DNA from: Chiloscyllium plagiosum
Lineage: Eukaryota
Assembly: GCF_004010195.1 (NCBI RefSeq)
Contig: NC_057755.1
Span: 1-64,000 of the forward strand
Length of the DNA stretch: 64,000 nucleotides
Direction of reading: 5' to 3'
Part shown: positions 11,880-24,670 of the stretch, piece after piece
Numbering within the stretch: position 1 is the first letter of the stretch
How the letters are laid out: each line of letters begins with the position of its first letter
The notes under the pieces: model-generated
Database searches by the model: none
What the model was told of the DNA's origin: nothing
What the model saw: only the letters and a program-made list of their open reading frames with translations
Translations under genes and position numbers: made by a program

Positions 11880-14715
11880 AATAAGGAAGCAATGATCACC
11901 GAACTGAGATTGTATGGCAGAACAACACCCCCCCCTCCCCCCACCACCATCCTCCTCCCCCCGATGAACACAGTAGTCAGCGGGAATTTGAGATATACAT
12001 TTTTTAAGGAGACCTCAGTTACCTGTAACAATAATAGGGTGGGAATGGGAGGGAATTTTAACTTTCCAAACACAGTCTCAGACTTCTGTAGTGTTAAGGG
12101 TTTCGATGGAAAGGAATTTGTTAAGTGTGTAGAAGAAACATTTCTGATTCAGTATGTGGATGTACGTACTAGGAAAGGCTCGGCACCGTGGCACAGTGAT
12201 TAGCACTGCTACCTCACAACGCCAGAGACCCAGGTTCTGTTCGGTCCTCAGGCGAATGACTGTGTGGAGTTTGCACATTCTCCTCGTGTCCGCGTGAGTT
12301 TCCTCTCACGGTCCAAAAATGTACAGGCTAGGTGAGTTGGACAGGCTAAATTGCCCGTAGTATTAGGTAAAGGGGTAAATGAGGGGAATGGGTCTGGGTG
12401 GGTTGTGCTTCAGCGGGTCGGTGTGGATTTGTTGGGCCCAAGGGCTTATTTCCACACTGTAAGTAATCTAAAAACAAAACTTGATCAACTCTAAGGAAAT
12501 ACGGCAGGACAAGTGATTGAGGTGTGAGTGATGAAGCTCTTTGTGTTATTCGTTTTAATATTCCGATGGTAAAGGATAGACCTGAACTAAAAGTTGAAGT
12601 TCTGAATGACAGGAAAGCCAATGTTGATGGTACCTGGCAAGAACTTTCAAAAATTGATTGGGGCAGATGTTCTCTGGTAAAGGGACAGGTGGAGAATAGG
12701 AAGCCTTGAAAAATTAGGCAACGAAAGTCCAGAGATTATATGTTCCTGTTTGGGTGAAAAGCAAGGCAGGTAGCTTTCGGGAATGCTGAATGATGAGGTA
12801 ATTGAGGTTTTGGAAATACAAGAAAGGACGCATTTGTCAGATATGACAGCAAAGATCGAGTGAATACTAGAAGAGTATAACGGCAGTAGGAATATACTTA
12901 AGAGGGAAATCAGGAGGTTAAAAAGGAGACATGAAATAGCTTTGGATAATAAGTTCAGGAAAAACCCATGATGCTTCATATATACATTAAGGACAAAAGT
13001 GTAGCTGTGTGTGGAATTGCAGGAGATGGTGGAAATACTAATTGAGCATTTTTGCTTCATTATTAAGAGTGGAGAAAAACATGGAAGATACAGAATGTGG
13101 GGAAATAGGTGGTGACGTCTTGAAAAATGTCCATCTTGCGGAGGAGGTGGTGCTTTATTTCGCAAAAAGTATAAAGGTGGATAAATACCTAGGACCTAAT
13201 TAGATATACCCTAGGATTTTTTGGGAGCTTGGGAAGTGGTCCCAATGTTGAGATATTTGTATCATCGGTGGCTGTAGGTGAGATGCGGGTAGAACGGAGG
13301 TTGGCTCAGGTGGCGCCACTACTTTAGAAATGTGGTAAGGAAACGCCAGAGAGCTATGGACTGGGGAGCCTGACGTCGGTGGGCAAGATTTTGGAGGGAA
13401 TACTCAGGGACAGGATTTACATGTATTTTAATTGGCAAGGACAGAATAAGCACTGTCAACATGGCCTTGTGTGTGGGTAATCATGTCTCACAAACTTGAT
13501 GTGTTTATTGAAGAAGTTATGAAAAGGATTGATGAAGGCAGAACTTTGGACGTGATCTACGTGGACTTCAGGAAAGCGTTCAATCAGATTCCTCATTGTA
13601 GAGTAGTTCGTAAGGTTATATCACACTAAACTAAGGGAGACCCATCCTTTGGGACAGAAGTGTCTCGAGATAGAAAACAGAAGTTGGTGATGGAAGGTCG
13701 CTTTTCAGACTGGAGGCCGGTGACCAGTGATGAGCCACAAGGATCGGTGCTGGATCCACAGCTTTTCCTCATTCATTCAGATGAGTTGGATGTGAACACG
13801 GGAGATTCAGTTAGGACGTTTGCAGAGGACACCAAAATTAGAGTGGAAGTGGGCAGCGAAGAAGCTTCCTTCAGTGTACAACGGGATCTTAATCAGATGG
13901 GACAATTGGCCAAGGAGTGGCCGAATGGATTTTAATTTAGACGCATGTGAGGTGCTGTATTTTGGAACGGAACATCCAAAAGGACACATACAGTTAATGG
14001 TATGGTCGTGAGGAGTGTTGCTGAACAAAGAGATTTTGGATTGCAGGTTCATTGTTCCTTGAAAATGATGTCTCAGGTAGACAGGATGGTGAAGAAGACG
14101 TTTGCATACATTCCTTTATTGGTCAGAGCATTGAATATTGGAATTGAAAGGCAATGTTGTTGTTGTACAGGACATTGGTTCGGCCACTTTTCGAATATTG
14201 TGTGCAATTCTGGTCTCGCTCCAGAAGGAAGGATGCCTTGAAACTTGAAAGGGTTCAGAACGATTTATCAGGACGTTGCAAGTGGTAGGGTACTTGAGCT
14301 ATAGTAAGAAGCTGAAAAGGCTGGGTCTTTTTTCCGTGATCTATTAGAGGCTGAGGAGTGACGTTGTGAAGGTTTGTCAAATCATAAGGGGTAGGGACAT
14401 GCTAAATATACAAAGTCCTTTCCCTGGGTTGGGGGAGTCCAAAACTAGAGACGATAGTTTTAGGGTGAGTGGAGAAAAATTTGAAAGAGACCGAAGGGGC
14501 AACGTTTTCATGCAAAGAGTGGTGTGTGTTTGGAATGAAGTGCCAGAGGAAATTATGATGGCCGCTGCAATTGCACCATTTAAATATATTGGATGTTAAA
14601 TTAATACAAAGGGTTTAGAGGTATATTGATGCAAATGGGACTAGATTGATTTCGGAAATCGGGTTGGCATGGTCAATTTGAGCTAAAGTTTCTGTTTCTG
14701 TGTTGTACATTTGCT
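11880..14715 (+). mobile_element. Degenerate CR1-type (HER1-like) LINE ORF2 in the GPCR intron
   Basis: 'GGNFNFPN...EFVKCVEETFLIQYVD' (endonuclease), 'FSDWRPVTS.EPQGSVL.P.LF' and 'FAEDTKI' (RT), 'RVVCVWNEVP' (3' end). Confidence 0.9.
12178..12475 (+). mobile_element. HE1-like V-SINE nested in the CR1 (copy A only)
   Basis: Head 'ggcaccgtggcacagtgattagcactgct', V-domain 'gtgtggagtttgcacattctcc', tail 'gtaagtaatcta'. Absent at the paralogous site (about 62555). Confidence 0.88.
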
Positions 14716-15579
14716 CCAACTATACACCTACATTCACCTATTATGTTAGAGCAGTGTAACAAATGTTCCATAGTATGTGAATATCAACAGTTTAAATCTC
14801 AATTCACTTTTAGAGATGAATCCCTGTCTTTTGGTTGCAATGATACGGTCTTGTGCAGGAAGAAACCGGAGATGATATTTGAGGTCAGTGACCCACGTTC
14901 AGATGAAGTTGTTTTTATGAACAGTGATTCCATTAACTCTGTTTCTCTCTGCACAGATGCTGCCATAGCTGTTGGCTTTTGCCAGTTATATTTGATTCTG
15001 TCTCATGTTTTCATCATTCTAATATATTTCATTTATTTTATGAAAATGATTCGCTTTCCAACCTTCTTCCCAGAAGCAATTATTACAATCAAAGAACCAG
15101 AAGACGCCCTGTGTTCCATTCACTTTCTGCTGTCAAATCGATACAAAATCTACACTCATTCCAGCTTCTAGCACTAGTCTCGTAGTCTCGAATGTTATGA
15201 CGCTTCAAGTGTTCATCCAGGTAGTTTTTAAAGTTTGTGAGGTTTCCTGCTTCCACGACCCTCCCAGTCACTGATTTACCAGACCCCCACCACTCTCTGG
15301 GTGAAAACCTCTTCCTCAGCTTCTCTCGAAACCTCTTCGCTTTCATCGTAAAAATTATGCCACCCTGTCATCTGTTGATCGCATGCTCACACTTAGTCAA
15401 ACCCAGGAGTGAGCAGTTTCGAAATAGGTAGGCCACAGGAGCTGTCCAGTTCAAACTCGACATCGGAAACCTCCCAACTAACCCAGTTGGGTGCTAAGAT
15501 CTTCCATTGCTCTCTGGGCCGACGGAAGAACGTTTGATCATTAATTTATGATTTGTATTTTATCTCCTGTCTCTTTCAG

Positions 15580-16454
15580 CAAATTTTCTGGTGATTCTCG
15601 TCATCACACGTGGGAATTGCGGTCTCTCTAAATTCACAACGTGCTGCCTGTTGGCGATGGCAACATCGTATATAGTGTTCATTCTCACAAAGATTGTACT
15701 GTGGGAACTCAATAATTTTTATTTCCCAAGATGTTTCCTGGACCTCAGCCCTGTGTGCAGTGCTGTCTTTGCCTTGGCTCGGGCAGCCACGGACTGTTTA
15801 GTCTGGTTCACTGCCCTTTTCTCCTTTGATCGTTTTGTGGCCATTTGCTGTCTGAACATGAAGAGGATGTATTGGACAGAGAAAGCCTTGGCTGTGGTTC
15901 TGGCTACAACTGGCATTCTGGTCTGTTCAAAAAGCATTCCCTTCTATTTTCAGTTTAAACCGGGATGGATAATTGACAATGTTCTGTGGTACTGTCAAAC
16001 AAAGTCAATTTATTCTACTGATCCCAGGTGGCTGGGGTTTAAGTGGCTTGATATCATTTTAACTCCTTTAATCCCATTTGTATTAATTCTGTTGATGAAC
16101 ACTCTGGCGGTCAGGTACATTTTAGTGGCCAGTCGAGTCTGCAAGAGCCTGAGAGGTCAGAGGAAGGGAGGGAGTCACAAAGACGCAGAGATGGAAAACC
16201 GGCAGAAGTCAATAATTTCCCTCTTCACTATATCCACCAGCTTCATTCTTCTGTGGGTAGTGCACGGTGTAAACGTCTTATACTTTAACATTAAAGGAAC
16301 GTATCGTTGGAGGGACAGTACTCTCGTCGTTTTTACATTCATCGCAGAAATTCTGAAGGATTTTAGCTGCAGCACGAACACATTATTTTATGCAGTGACT
16401 CTGCCCAAGTTCAGAACGAAGTTCAGGAATGCGGTGCATCAACTGGTCAAGTAA
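15580..16454 (+). CDS. GPR139/GPR142-like class A GPCR gene 1, coding exon 2 (TM1 end to C-terminus; spliced product 313 aa)
   Basis: Polypyrimidine acceptor 'tatctcctgtctctttcag|C' and an open frame with hydrophobic helices. Motifs: RGNCGLS, PVC (TM3 Cys), FSFDRFVAIC, WYC (ECL2 Cys), 'LTPLIPF..ILLMN', 'D.EMENR.KSI..LF.IS.SFILLW', 'CSTNTLFY...KFR'. Confidence 0.92.
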
Positions 16455-17142
16455 AGTCTTCACTAAACGACTCAGCAAAACAACTGAGAGAGCCCCAGAG
16501 GCAGCTGCAGTGTTCTCAGTGAAGGAATTGCTCATGTACGGTCAGGATTCCATCAGCACAATCACATGGATCTGAATATAACACCCAGCGGTTTTTCAGG
16601 TGGTCGGGTAACAGGCTGGCTCAGGAACAGGCTGCTCATCCTGATTGACTGAAGGATTGACACACATACGGACACACTGACAATGAGCAGCAGCAGACCA
16701 TTCAGCCCTTCATATCTGATGCTGCTGACGGCCCAGAAAATCGTAGCTCATCAAATTGTGCCATCAAACCCGCATTTCCCTGTGCACCCGAGTAGCCCCA
16801 CCGCCCGCCAAATCATCACCCAAAACTTGAATAGGAATATATCTACATCCCCTTCAAACAATACTCAAGTACTTGACAAAGGGACAGCAGGTAAGGGAGC
16901 AAGAGGTGACTGTAAGGGGCCGGGTAAGGTTTTAAGAGATTGCAGGAATGATTCGAAATGACCGACTTGCTGTGAAAGATGGGTTCAGCTGGAACTTTGG
17001 GTCTTCACTGACTGATCTGTGGATGAGTGTTCAAGACCAACAGGAGCGTCCTTTGCATTTCCACTGCAGAGGAGGAAGGGGAGGGACAGAAACAGTCCCT
17101 CCTGCACCATGATGATTGTCAGACTCTCTCTGTTCAGATCAC

Positions 17143-17148
17143 AATAAA
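17143..17148 (+). terminator. Candidate polyadenylation signal for GPCR gene 1
   Basis: AATAAA about 690 nt after the stop, just before the sequence turns into repeats. Confidence 0.35.
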
Positions 17149-17279
17149 CACTTTATTACAATAAGGGAAAGGCTCCGGGTGCTGATGATCTCCTCATAGC
17201 AATTGGTTATTAGAGACGCACGTTGGCTTTTGAAATAATTTATTGAGTCCACCTTCTGTCTTCTCCATGCACAAGGATA

Positions 17280-17580
17280 TTGTTTTCTGTCTCTCTTTGA
17301 CTCTTTCTATTTGTGCTTTGTCGATTCCTCTCTTTCTCTCTCACGCATTGCCCCACTTCTCAGTTTCTTGCTCAGTCTCTCTCACACTCGCTCTGTCTTA
17401 CTCTGTGTTTCCCTGCCTGTATCGTTCTGTCTCTGTCTCTACCTATCTGTCTGTTTGTCTGTTCCTCTGCCTTCCTCTATGTTTATTCTTCTTGTCTCTG
17501 TGGCTAGCTCATTTTCTGTTTCTGTCTGCTCTCTCTCTCGCGCTGTCTGTGTCTTTTTCTCACATTTTCTCAGTTTAGTA
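17280..17580. repeat. Degenerate (CT)n/(CTGT)n low-complexity tract
   Basis: Pyrimidine-rich dinucleotide-derived sequence. Confidence 0.8.
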
Positions 17581-17862
17581 CCCACTCACTTGCATTGACT
17601 CAAATCCCTTCCTGATCCCTTCATTCGCTGATGCTTTGCCAGGAATTGATTTTGAAAAATACAAAGTACCGCAGATACAGCCAGCAATAATTTGACACAT
17701 TAAGTAAGTGTGCTGAACTTTGATCACCCCTCTTTCCTCTCACTATGGCTGGGCGGGAGGGGTGTTCATGTGTTTCCCTATCATTGTGTGAGGGACTGTG
17801 TGTGTCTCTCTGTGGGGGTTGGGGTTTCATTGCCTTTGTGGGAATGTCATTCTGTGTGTCAA

Positions 17863-20190
17863 AGAGTCATAGAGTCATAGCAATGTACAGCATGGAACCA
17901 GACCCTTTGGTCCAACCTTTCCATGCCGACCAGATATCCCATCCCAATCTAGTTCCACCTGCCAGCACCTGGCCCACATCCCTCCAAACACTTTCTCTTG
18001 ATATACCCATCCAAGTGCCTCTTAAATGTTGCAATTGTACCAGCCTCCATCACATCCTCTGGCAGCTCATTCCAAACACGTACCACTCTCCACGTGAAAC
18101 CGTTGCCCCTCAGGTCTCTTTTATATCTTTCCCCTCTCATCCTCAACCTCTGCCCTCTAATTCTGGACTCCCCGATCCCAGAGAAAATACTTTGTCCATT
18201 TATCCTATCCATGCCCCTCATAAATTTAAAACATCACCACTCAGCCTCCGACGCTCCAGGGAAAACAGCCCCAGCCTGTTCAGCCTCTCTCCATAGCTGA
18301 ACTCCTCCAACCTGGCAACATCCTTGTAAATCTTTTCTGATCTCTTTCAAGCTTCACAACATCTTTCCGATAGGAAGGAGACAGTATTGCACGCAATATT
18401 CCAACAGTGACCGGACCAATGTCCTGTACAGATGCATCATGACCTCCCAACGTCAGTACTCTTTACTCTGACCAATAAAGGAAAGCATACCAAACGCCTT
18501 CTTCACTATCCTATCTACTTGCAACTCCACTTTCCAGGAGATACGAATCTGCATTCCAAGATCTCTTTGTTAAGCAACACTCCCAAGGACCTTACCATTA
18601 AGTGCATAAGTTCTGCTAAAATTTGCTTTCCAAAAACGAAGCACCTCACATTTATCGACCAATGTCCTGTACAGATGCATCATGACCTCCCAACGTCAGT
18701 ACTCTTTACTCTGACCAATAAAGGAAAGCATACCAAACGCCTTCTTCACTATCCTATCTACTTGCAACTCCACTTTCCAGGAGATACGAATCTGCATTCC
18801 AAGATCTCTTTGTTAAGCAACACTCCCAAGGACCTTACCATTAAGTGCATAAGTTCTGCTAAGATTTGCTTTCCCAAAATGAAGCACCTCACATTTATCT
18901 GAATTAAATTCCATTCGCCACTTCACATCCCATTGGCCCATCTGTCCAGATTCTGTTGAAATCTGAGGTACCCTCTTCGCTGTCCATGACACCTCCAATT
19001 TTGGTGTCATCTGCAAACTTACTAGCTGTACCTCTTATACTTGCATCCAAATCATTTATGTAAATGACAAAAAGTAGAGGACCCAGTACCAATCCTTGTG
19101 GCACTTCAGTGGTCATAGGCCTCCAGTCTGAAAAGCAACTTTCCACCACTACCCTCTGTCTTCTACCTTTGAGCCAGTTCTGTATCTAAATGGCCAGTTC
19201 CCCTGTTTTCCATGAGATCTAACCTTGCTAACTAGTCTCCCATGGGGACCCTTGTTGAACACCTTACTGAAGTCCATATAGATAACATCTTCTGTTCTGC
19301 CCTAATCAATCCTCTTTGCTACTTCTTCAAAAAACTCAATCAAGTTTGTGAGACATGATTTCCCACGCACAAAACCATGTTGACTATCCCTCATCAGTCC
19401 TGGACTTTCCAAATACATGTATATCCTGTCCCTCAGGAGTCCCTCCAACAATTTGCCCACCACTGAGGTCAGGCTCACTGATCGATCGTTCCCTGGCTTA
19501 TCTTTACCACCTTTCTTAAACAGTGGCAACACGTTTGCCAACCTCCAGTCGTCTGGCACCTCACCTGTGACTATCGATGTTACAAATATTTCAGCAAGAG
19601 TCCCAGCAAACACTTCTCCAACTTCCCACAGAGATCTCGGCTGATCAGGTCCTGGGGATTTATCCACCTTTAACCGTTTCAAATCATCCAGCACTTCCTC
19701 CGCTATAGTCTGGACATTTCGCAAGATGTTACCATCTATTTCCCTACAGTCTATATCTTCATATCCTTTTCCACAGTAAATACTGATGCAATATTTCCTT
19801 ATAGTATCTTCCCCATTTTCTGTGGCTCCACACAAAGACCTCCTTGCTGATCTTTGAAGGGCCCTATTCTCTCCCTTTTGTCGTCAATATATTTGCAAAA
19901 CCCTTTGGATTCTCCTTAAATCGATTTGTCAACGCTATCTCATGTCTCCCTTTTGCCCTACTGATTTCGCTCTTAAGTATACTCCTTCTCCTTTATACTC
20001 TTCTCTGGTTTCACTCTATCTATCCTGTCTATACCTGACATATGCTTCCTTCTTTTTCTTAACCAAACCCTCAATTTCTTTCGTCATCCAGCCTACCCTT
20101 TCACTCTGACATAAGTATATTTTCTCTGGATTCTTGTAATCTCATTTCAAAAGTCTTCCCATTTTCCAGCCGTCCCTTTGCCTGCGAACT
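17863..20190 (-). mobile_element. 5'-truncated CR1-type LINE with tandem 3' tail
   Basis: 'KVDKSPGPD', 'VPDDWRLANV.PLFKKG', 'SQHGFVRGKSCLTNLIEFFEEV', 'VPQG.VLGPLLF.IYINDLD', 'KFADDTKIG'. The tail reads 'gagtcatagagtcatag' on +. Confidence 0.93.
18414..18899. repeat. 243-bp tandem duplication inside the CR1
   Basis: 18414-18656 versus 18657-18899; only three differences seen, all near the unit end. Confidence 0.95.
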
Positions 20191-20424
20191 TAATTCTTGA
20201 CTTCCAGGCAGCATTGCATAATGTGCAACAGATAATATTAGTATGGAAGACAAGAGCGCATCAAGTTAAGAAAATCTTATTTGCATGGAGAGGGGCCAAC
20301 CAGTAAAAGCCATGATATGGAAGTACTGGACTTTGACTGAGCTGGACAAGGTCAAATATTACATTACACCAGGTTAGAGTACAACAGGTTTATATGAAAA
20401 CACTAGCTTACTGTATATGAGTCA

Positions 20425-21485
20425 GAAGTATGTGTGTGTATCTATGTATGTGTGTGTGTGTGTCTGTGTTTGTGTATGTGTGTTTGATATTGTCAGCATG
20501 TCATGATGGTTCTGTGACCCCATGTGTTTGTGTGTCTCTGAGTGCCAGTTTATTATTGTGGGAGTCCGGGGTGGCTCTCTGCCTGGCTGTGCTCTTGTTT
20601 AATCAGGTGAGTTTATTGTTCAGAGTGTGTTTGGCTATCTGTCCGTGATAAAAGGTCTTTCTGTGCTCCCAGCAGGATCTCTCTGTGCACCTCTGTGGGT
20701 GTGTCTCTGTTTGTTTCTGAGAGTCGCTCTCTATCGATATTTAATTGTGGCTTGGCTCAGGAACTGTGTTTGAATTTGCTTGTGCATATGCATAAGATGT
20801 TTGCAGATTGATGTGGAATGTCTCTTACTCTGTGTACGTTTATGTGTGTGTGAGGGTGTGGATGTGATTTTGTGTCTGTGTGGAGATGTGTATCTATAGC
20901 TCAGTATGAATGTATTTCTGTGTGTGTGGATATGTGTGCATTCGGTATGCACATGGGCGTTTTCATACCTCAGTCAGTATGTCTGTATTTTTGTACGTGT
21001 GCATGCATGCGCACGCGCGTGCATGCACACTCTTGTGTGGCTTGGTTTCTCTCACCCAGTATGACTGTATTTCTTTGTATGTCGATGTGTGCGTTCTGTC
21101 CATACGCGAGTGTGTTCCTATATGCCATAGTACGTCTATGTTCATGTGTTTGTTTGTGTGCGTGCACGCATGTGTGAGCAGGTGTGCCCCCTTCTGCACT
21201 CTGATTGTATTCCTGTGTGTGTGGTGTGAGGGTGTAGGAATGTTTCTGTAGTCTTTGTGTAGGTGTGTTCCCACATTTCAGTTTTACTGTATTATTGTGT
21301 GTGTATGTGTGTGTTTGAGTCGACTGTATGTATGTGTCCATGTTTTTTTTTGGTCATTGTGTTCCTATCTCTTACTTCGACTGCATTTCTGTGTGTGGGT
21401 GTGCATCTGCTTTTACGTGTAAGTGTGTGTGAAGGCATGGATTTGTTTCTGGATCCCTATAGGTGTGGTTTTGCGTCTGTTTGAT
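20425..21485. repeat. Degenerate (TG)n-rich tract
   Basis: TG-derived low complexity. Its distal part recurs inverted at 40890-41175. Confidence 0.85.
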
Positions 21486-21954
21486 CATGAAACTCCTTCA
21501 GAAAATGGACATGTGAATCCTTCAGTGTGTCACGGTGCACAGTTTGCTCCCAATTGCGCATTTCAGCAACCTGGAAAAATCTAAATATCAGCATCTGTGC
21601 CTCCTGCACGCTGATAGCTGAACTGTTACTTCAGTTCAAGGACCTCCGTTCGACGAATGAAGCAAGACAGGGAATTTTCAATGAATGGCAGGATTCCAGT
21701 TGTTTCATCAATGTTTCAACAAAGAATGCAATATATACGTTTATTTTACGTTTGAGCAGTTTGTGTCTATTTTTAAATGTTGTTATATACGCCATGCAAT
21801 GTAGGAGCGGAATTAGGCCATTCAGCCCATCGAGTCATCTCTGCCACTTTTTTCGTGAAGGAACCATATCTCAATTCTATTGTCGTTCCTTCTCCCCATA
21901 ACATTTGATTCACTCATCAATCAGGATCCCATATTTCTCTATTTTTAATACAGT

Positions 21955-22597
21955 GATTATTGACCAGGCCGGACCCTCTCAAAATATTTCAAGATAGTTG
22001 CCCAGGCACTAATGTTTCGACTGGTTTTGAGCAAGTGTGAACTGGATATTCCCGCAGTGATGGAGCAGGTCAACATTCATCGGTTTTAAATAAAACAGAG
22101 TTTATTTATATAGAGAGTACAAATGAAACACAAACAAAAGAGAAAAGAATATAGAATAACTTAATGTATCCTAAAACCCAACAGACGATCCCAGCTTAAA
22201 TATTGCTTCAAGTTCCTGCAACAATCCCCATAAACACCACAAGGCAAAATCAATAACATGTTATTTCAGGAGAGATGTCCGAGAGAGATTCAACATGGAA
22301 CAACTTCTTGCATGTCGCTGTTCCTTTCACCAGCAGTCTGAAAAACTGACTGATTGGTAACACTAAAGCAAACTAAACCAGACCAGAGAAAAGCTGAGCA
22401 AGAAGAATTCCCACTCCCCTTTCATTGTACATGCTTTAACATTTGAAAGTCTTTTTCCTGAGGCAGTTATCCGTTAGCTATCATGAAAGTAGCCCTACAA
22501 CACATTCAAACTAGACACCCTGGAACCGCTGAATGATAAACACTGCATGAAATACACCAAAGACAACACAACCTTTGTAAATGAGCAGCATAATCAC
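21955..22597. mobile_element. Probable solo LTR inserted in a CR1 3' fragment
   Basis: Interrupts CR1-like sequence. It begins 'ttattgaccaggccggaccctctcaaaat', and the inverted paralog ends '...ggtctggcctggtccataaca' (40641). Confidence 0.6.
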
Positions 22598-22754
22598 TCA
22601 GCTAATGACATGGCCTCCACAGTCGTCTGTGACAATGATTTCCACAGTTTCACCACACTTTGGTTGAAGAAATTCATTTCCATCTCATTTGCAAAGGTGG
22701 TCCATTCACTCTGAGAGTGTGCCCTCAGGCTCTAGTCTCTGCTGCTGTGGAAAC

Positions 22755-23545
22755 AGCATACAAGCACAATCTGAAATGGGAGGACTCTTCACAAAAGGAA
22801 GCACAATGCTACTCTGAGGCTGTGAATGACAGATTCTGGGACTGCTTGAGATTGGTAGACTGTACCGTGTTCAAGTATCGAGCCGAAAACCTTAATGATC
22901 AAACCACCACCATCACGGATATCATGGGCAAATGCGTGGAGGATTGTGTATTGAAGAATTTAATCCGATTGTTTCCCAAGCATAAACATTGAGTGAACCA
23001 GGAAATCCATTCCGAACTGAAGACCGGACGGGTAACATCCAAGTGGGAAGAGCCAGGTATATACAGCGAATCCATATCTGCCCTCCACCGGACCATGAGA
23101 GATGCCAAAAGGGCGTACCAACCAGATAAGAGGCCCATTCCTACCAAACAGATTCCTGCCGCATATGGCAAGGGCGAAACAACGTTACGGGAGACAAAAT
23201 GAAGCAGAGGAAGGCAGCAGACAAAGACGCATTGCTCCCTGGGCGTTCAATGCTTTCTCTGGTTTGTTTGAGCAGAATGCCAGTGGCGCAGTGACAGCTG
23301 CCCCAACAACTCCAGAGTACCTGTTGCCTTGTTCGCCACTGCACATGTCAACACGGTCTTGCTGAGAGTCAAACCAAGGAAAACGACGGGCCTGGATGGA
23401 GACACTAGCCGTGCACTTAGATCTTGCACGGCCCAACTGGTGGATATATTCACCAATAACGTCCACCTATCCCTGCAACAAGCTGAAGTCCTCATGTTCT
23501 TCGAGAAGACCATCACTATCCCTGTACCTAAGAAAGCACATGCAA
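22755..23545 (+). mobile_element. Rex1/Babar-like LINE fragment
   Basis: 'DCLRLVDCTVF...KCVEDCV...IRLFPKHK', 'PRKTTGLDG...LRSCTAQLVDIF', 'KTITIPVPKK'. Confidence 0.75.
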
Positions 23546-24597
23546 TTTCCCAACTTGCCTTTCAACCTACTTTTGCATCAACTGCAAATTTTGCAACAGT
23601 TCATTAATTTCCTTCCTGCAAGTCCTTTATATCCTCATTATTTCATGTTTTATGTATATAATATACATTATGTATTGTTAAATGTTGGAGCTGTTTGTGC
23701 CTGCAAAAATATTGTGTATGAAAGCTGACTGTGTTTACATGCAATATTATTGTGCATTGCAACTGAAATTTTGTTTATATTGGACATATTTGAGTTTATA
23801 TCTAAATATTGCAGTTCGTATAACTGTTCATGTTTGTATGTAAATACTGTTGTATATTGTAGCTGTTATTATTTTTACATAATACTGTATCAGTTCATGT
23901 TAAAATTCTATCTTTCGTCTTCCCATCAGTAAATCAGTATATGGCCGTGTGGGGGTGCTGCTGAGCTCCTCCAGCACTTTTGGATGGATGTGCAGTCCCA
24001 GACCCCGGCCGGGGAACGCAGCACGGAGCAGCACCGGTTTTGGGGATCGATTCGGCAAGGACACCCAGTCTCTGGTTATTGTAAAGTGTAAACATATACT
24101 CTGGATACGGGATGGGGGTTGTGTCAGGATTGTAATGAGGGTAGCCAGATGGGTCTCATTGAGTACAAGTTCCCTGATTGGAGATGTTAACCTGGTACAA
24201 TGAGGGAGTCCGAGCTGACAGATATAAACAGGTGTGTCAGGGGGTCTGCTCACTTTCGGAACCAGCTTTGTGCTGGTTGAATAATAGGGATAAAGGTGAA
24301 TACAAAATGAAGGTTAATGATTGTCATACGTGATGGTCAAATAGAGCGGGTGCAATGGAGAATAATTGTGAGAAGATAAAATGGAAAATATTAGATACAT
24401 GATTAAACAGAGAGTAACTGTGAGGGTTGAATAAAAATGAAGTTAAATGGTTAAGTAGAGGGAAATAGCGAAGATCATATACAGATAACGATCTGGTTAA
24501 ATAAAGAATACCAGTGGAGGCTAAATACAGACTGAAAGTGAGCGTTGTAAATAAAAGAAGTGAATAGAGGGGATGGAATACAGATAAGGGTTTAAAC

Positions 24598-24616
24598 AGA
24601 GAGAAAGAGAGACAGA

Positions 24617-24650
<34 letters not shown>

Positions 24651-24670
24651 CAGAGACAGAAAGAGACAGC
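24598..24670. repeat. (GA)n microsatellite
   Basis: Direct inspection. Confidence 0.9.

Larger units (their letters stand above)
1..13845 (+). repeat. Segmental duplication, copy A (direct paralog of about 50720-64000)
   Basis: Collinear shared landmarks. The window start 'taaatagccaa...atttaaaagggatctaatttgtatt' matches 50732-50832, followed by the same Gypsy pol, GPCR exon 1, Penelope and CR1 blocks. 'accaaaattagagt' at 13831 matches the window end. Confidence 0.95.

Noticed and set aside
15591..16454. Single-exon GPCR starting at GTG as given by the ORF track
   Set aside because: It starts mid-TM1 just after a strong splice acceptor; the upstream exon explains it better.
8737..16454. Assigning the symbol GPR139 or GPR142
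   Set aside because: The resemblance is family-level only, and local paralogs make orthology unsupportable without a tree.
18432..18902. 156-aa ORF with an 81-aa repeat
   Set aside because: Antisense reading of a CR1 across the 243-bp duplication.
20430..21484. Cys/Val- and His/Thr-rich ORFs
   Set aside because: Artefacts of (TG)n low complexity; likewise 17243-17598, 24324-24775 and 40654-41227.
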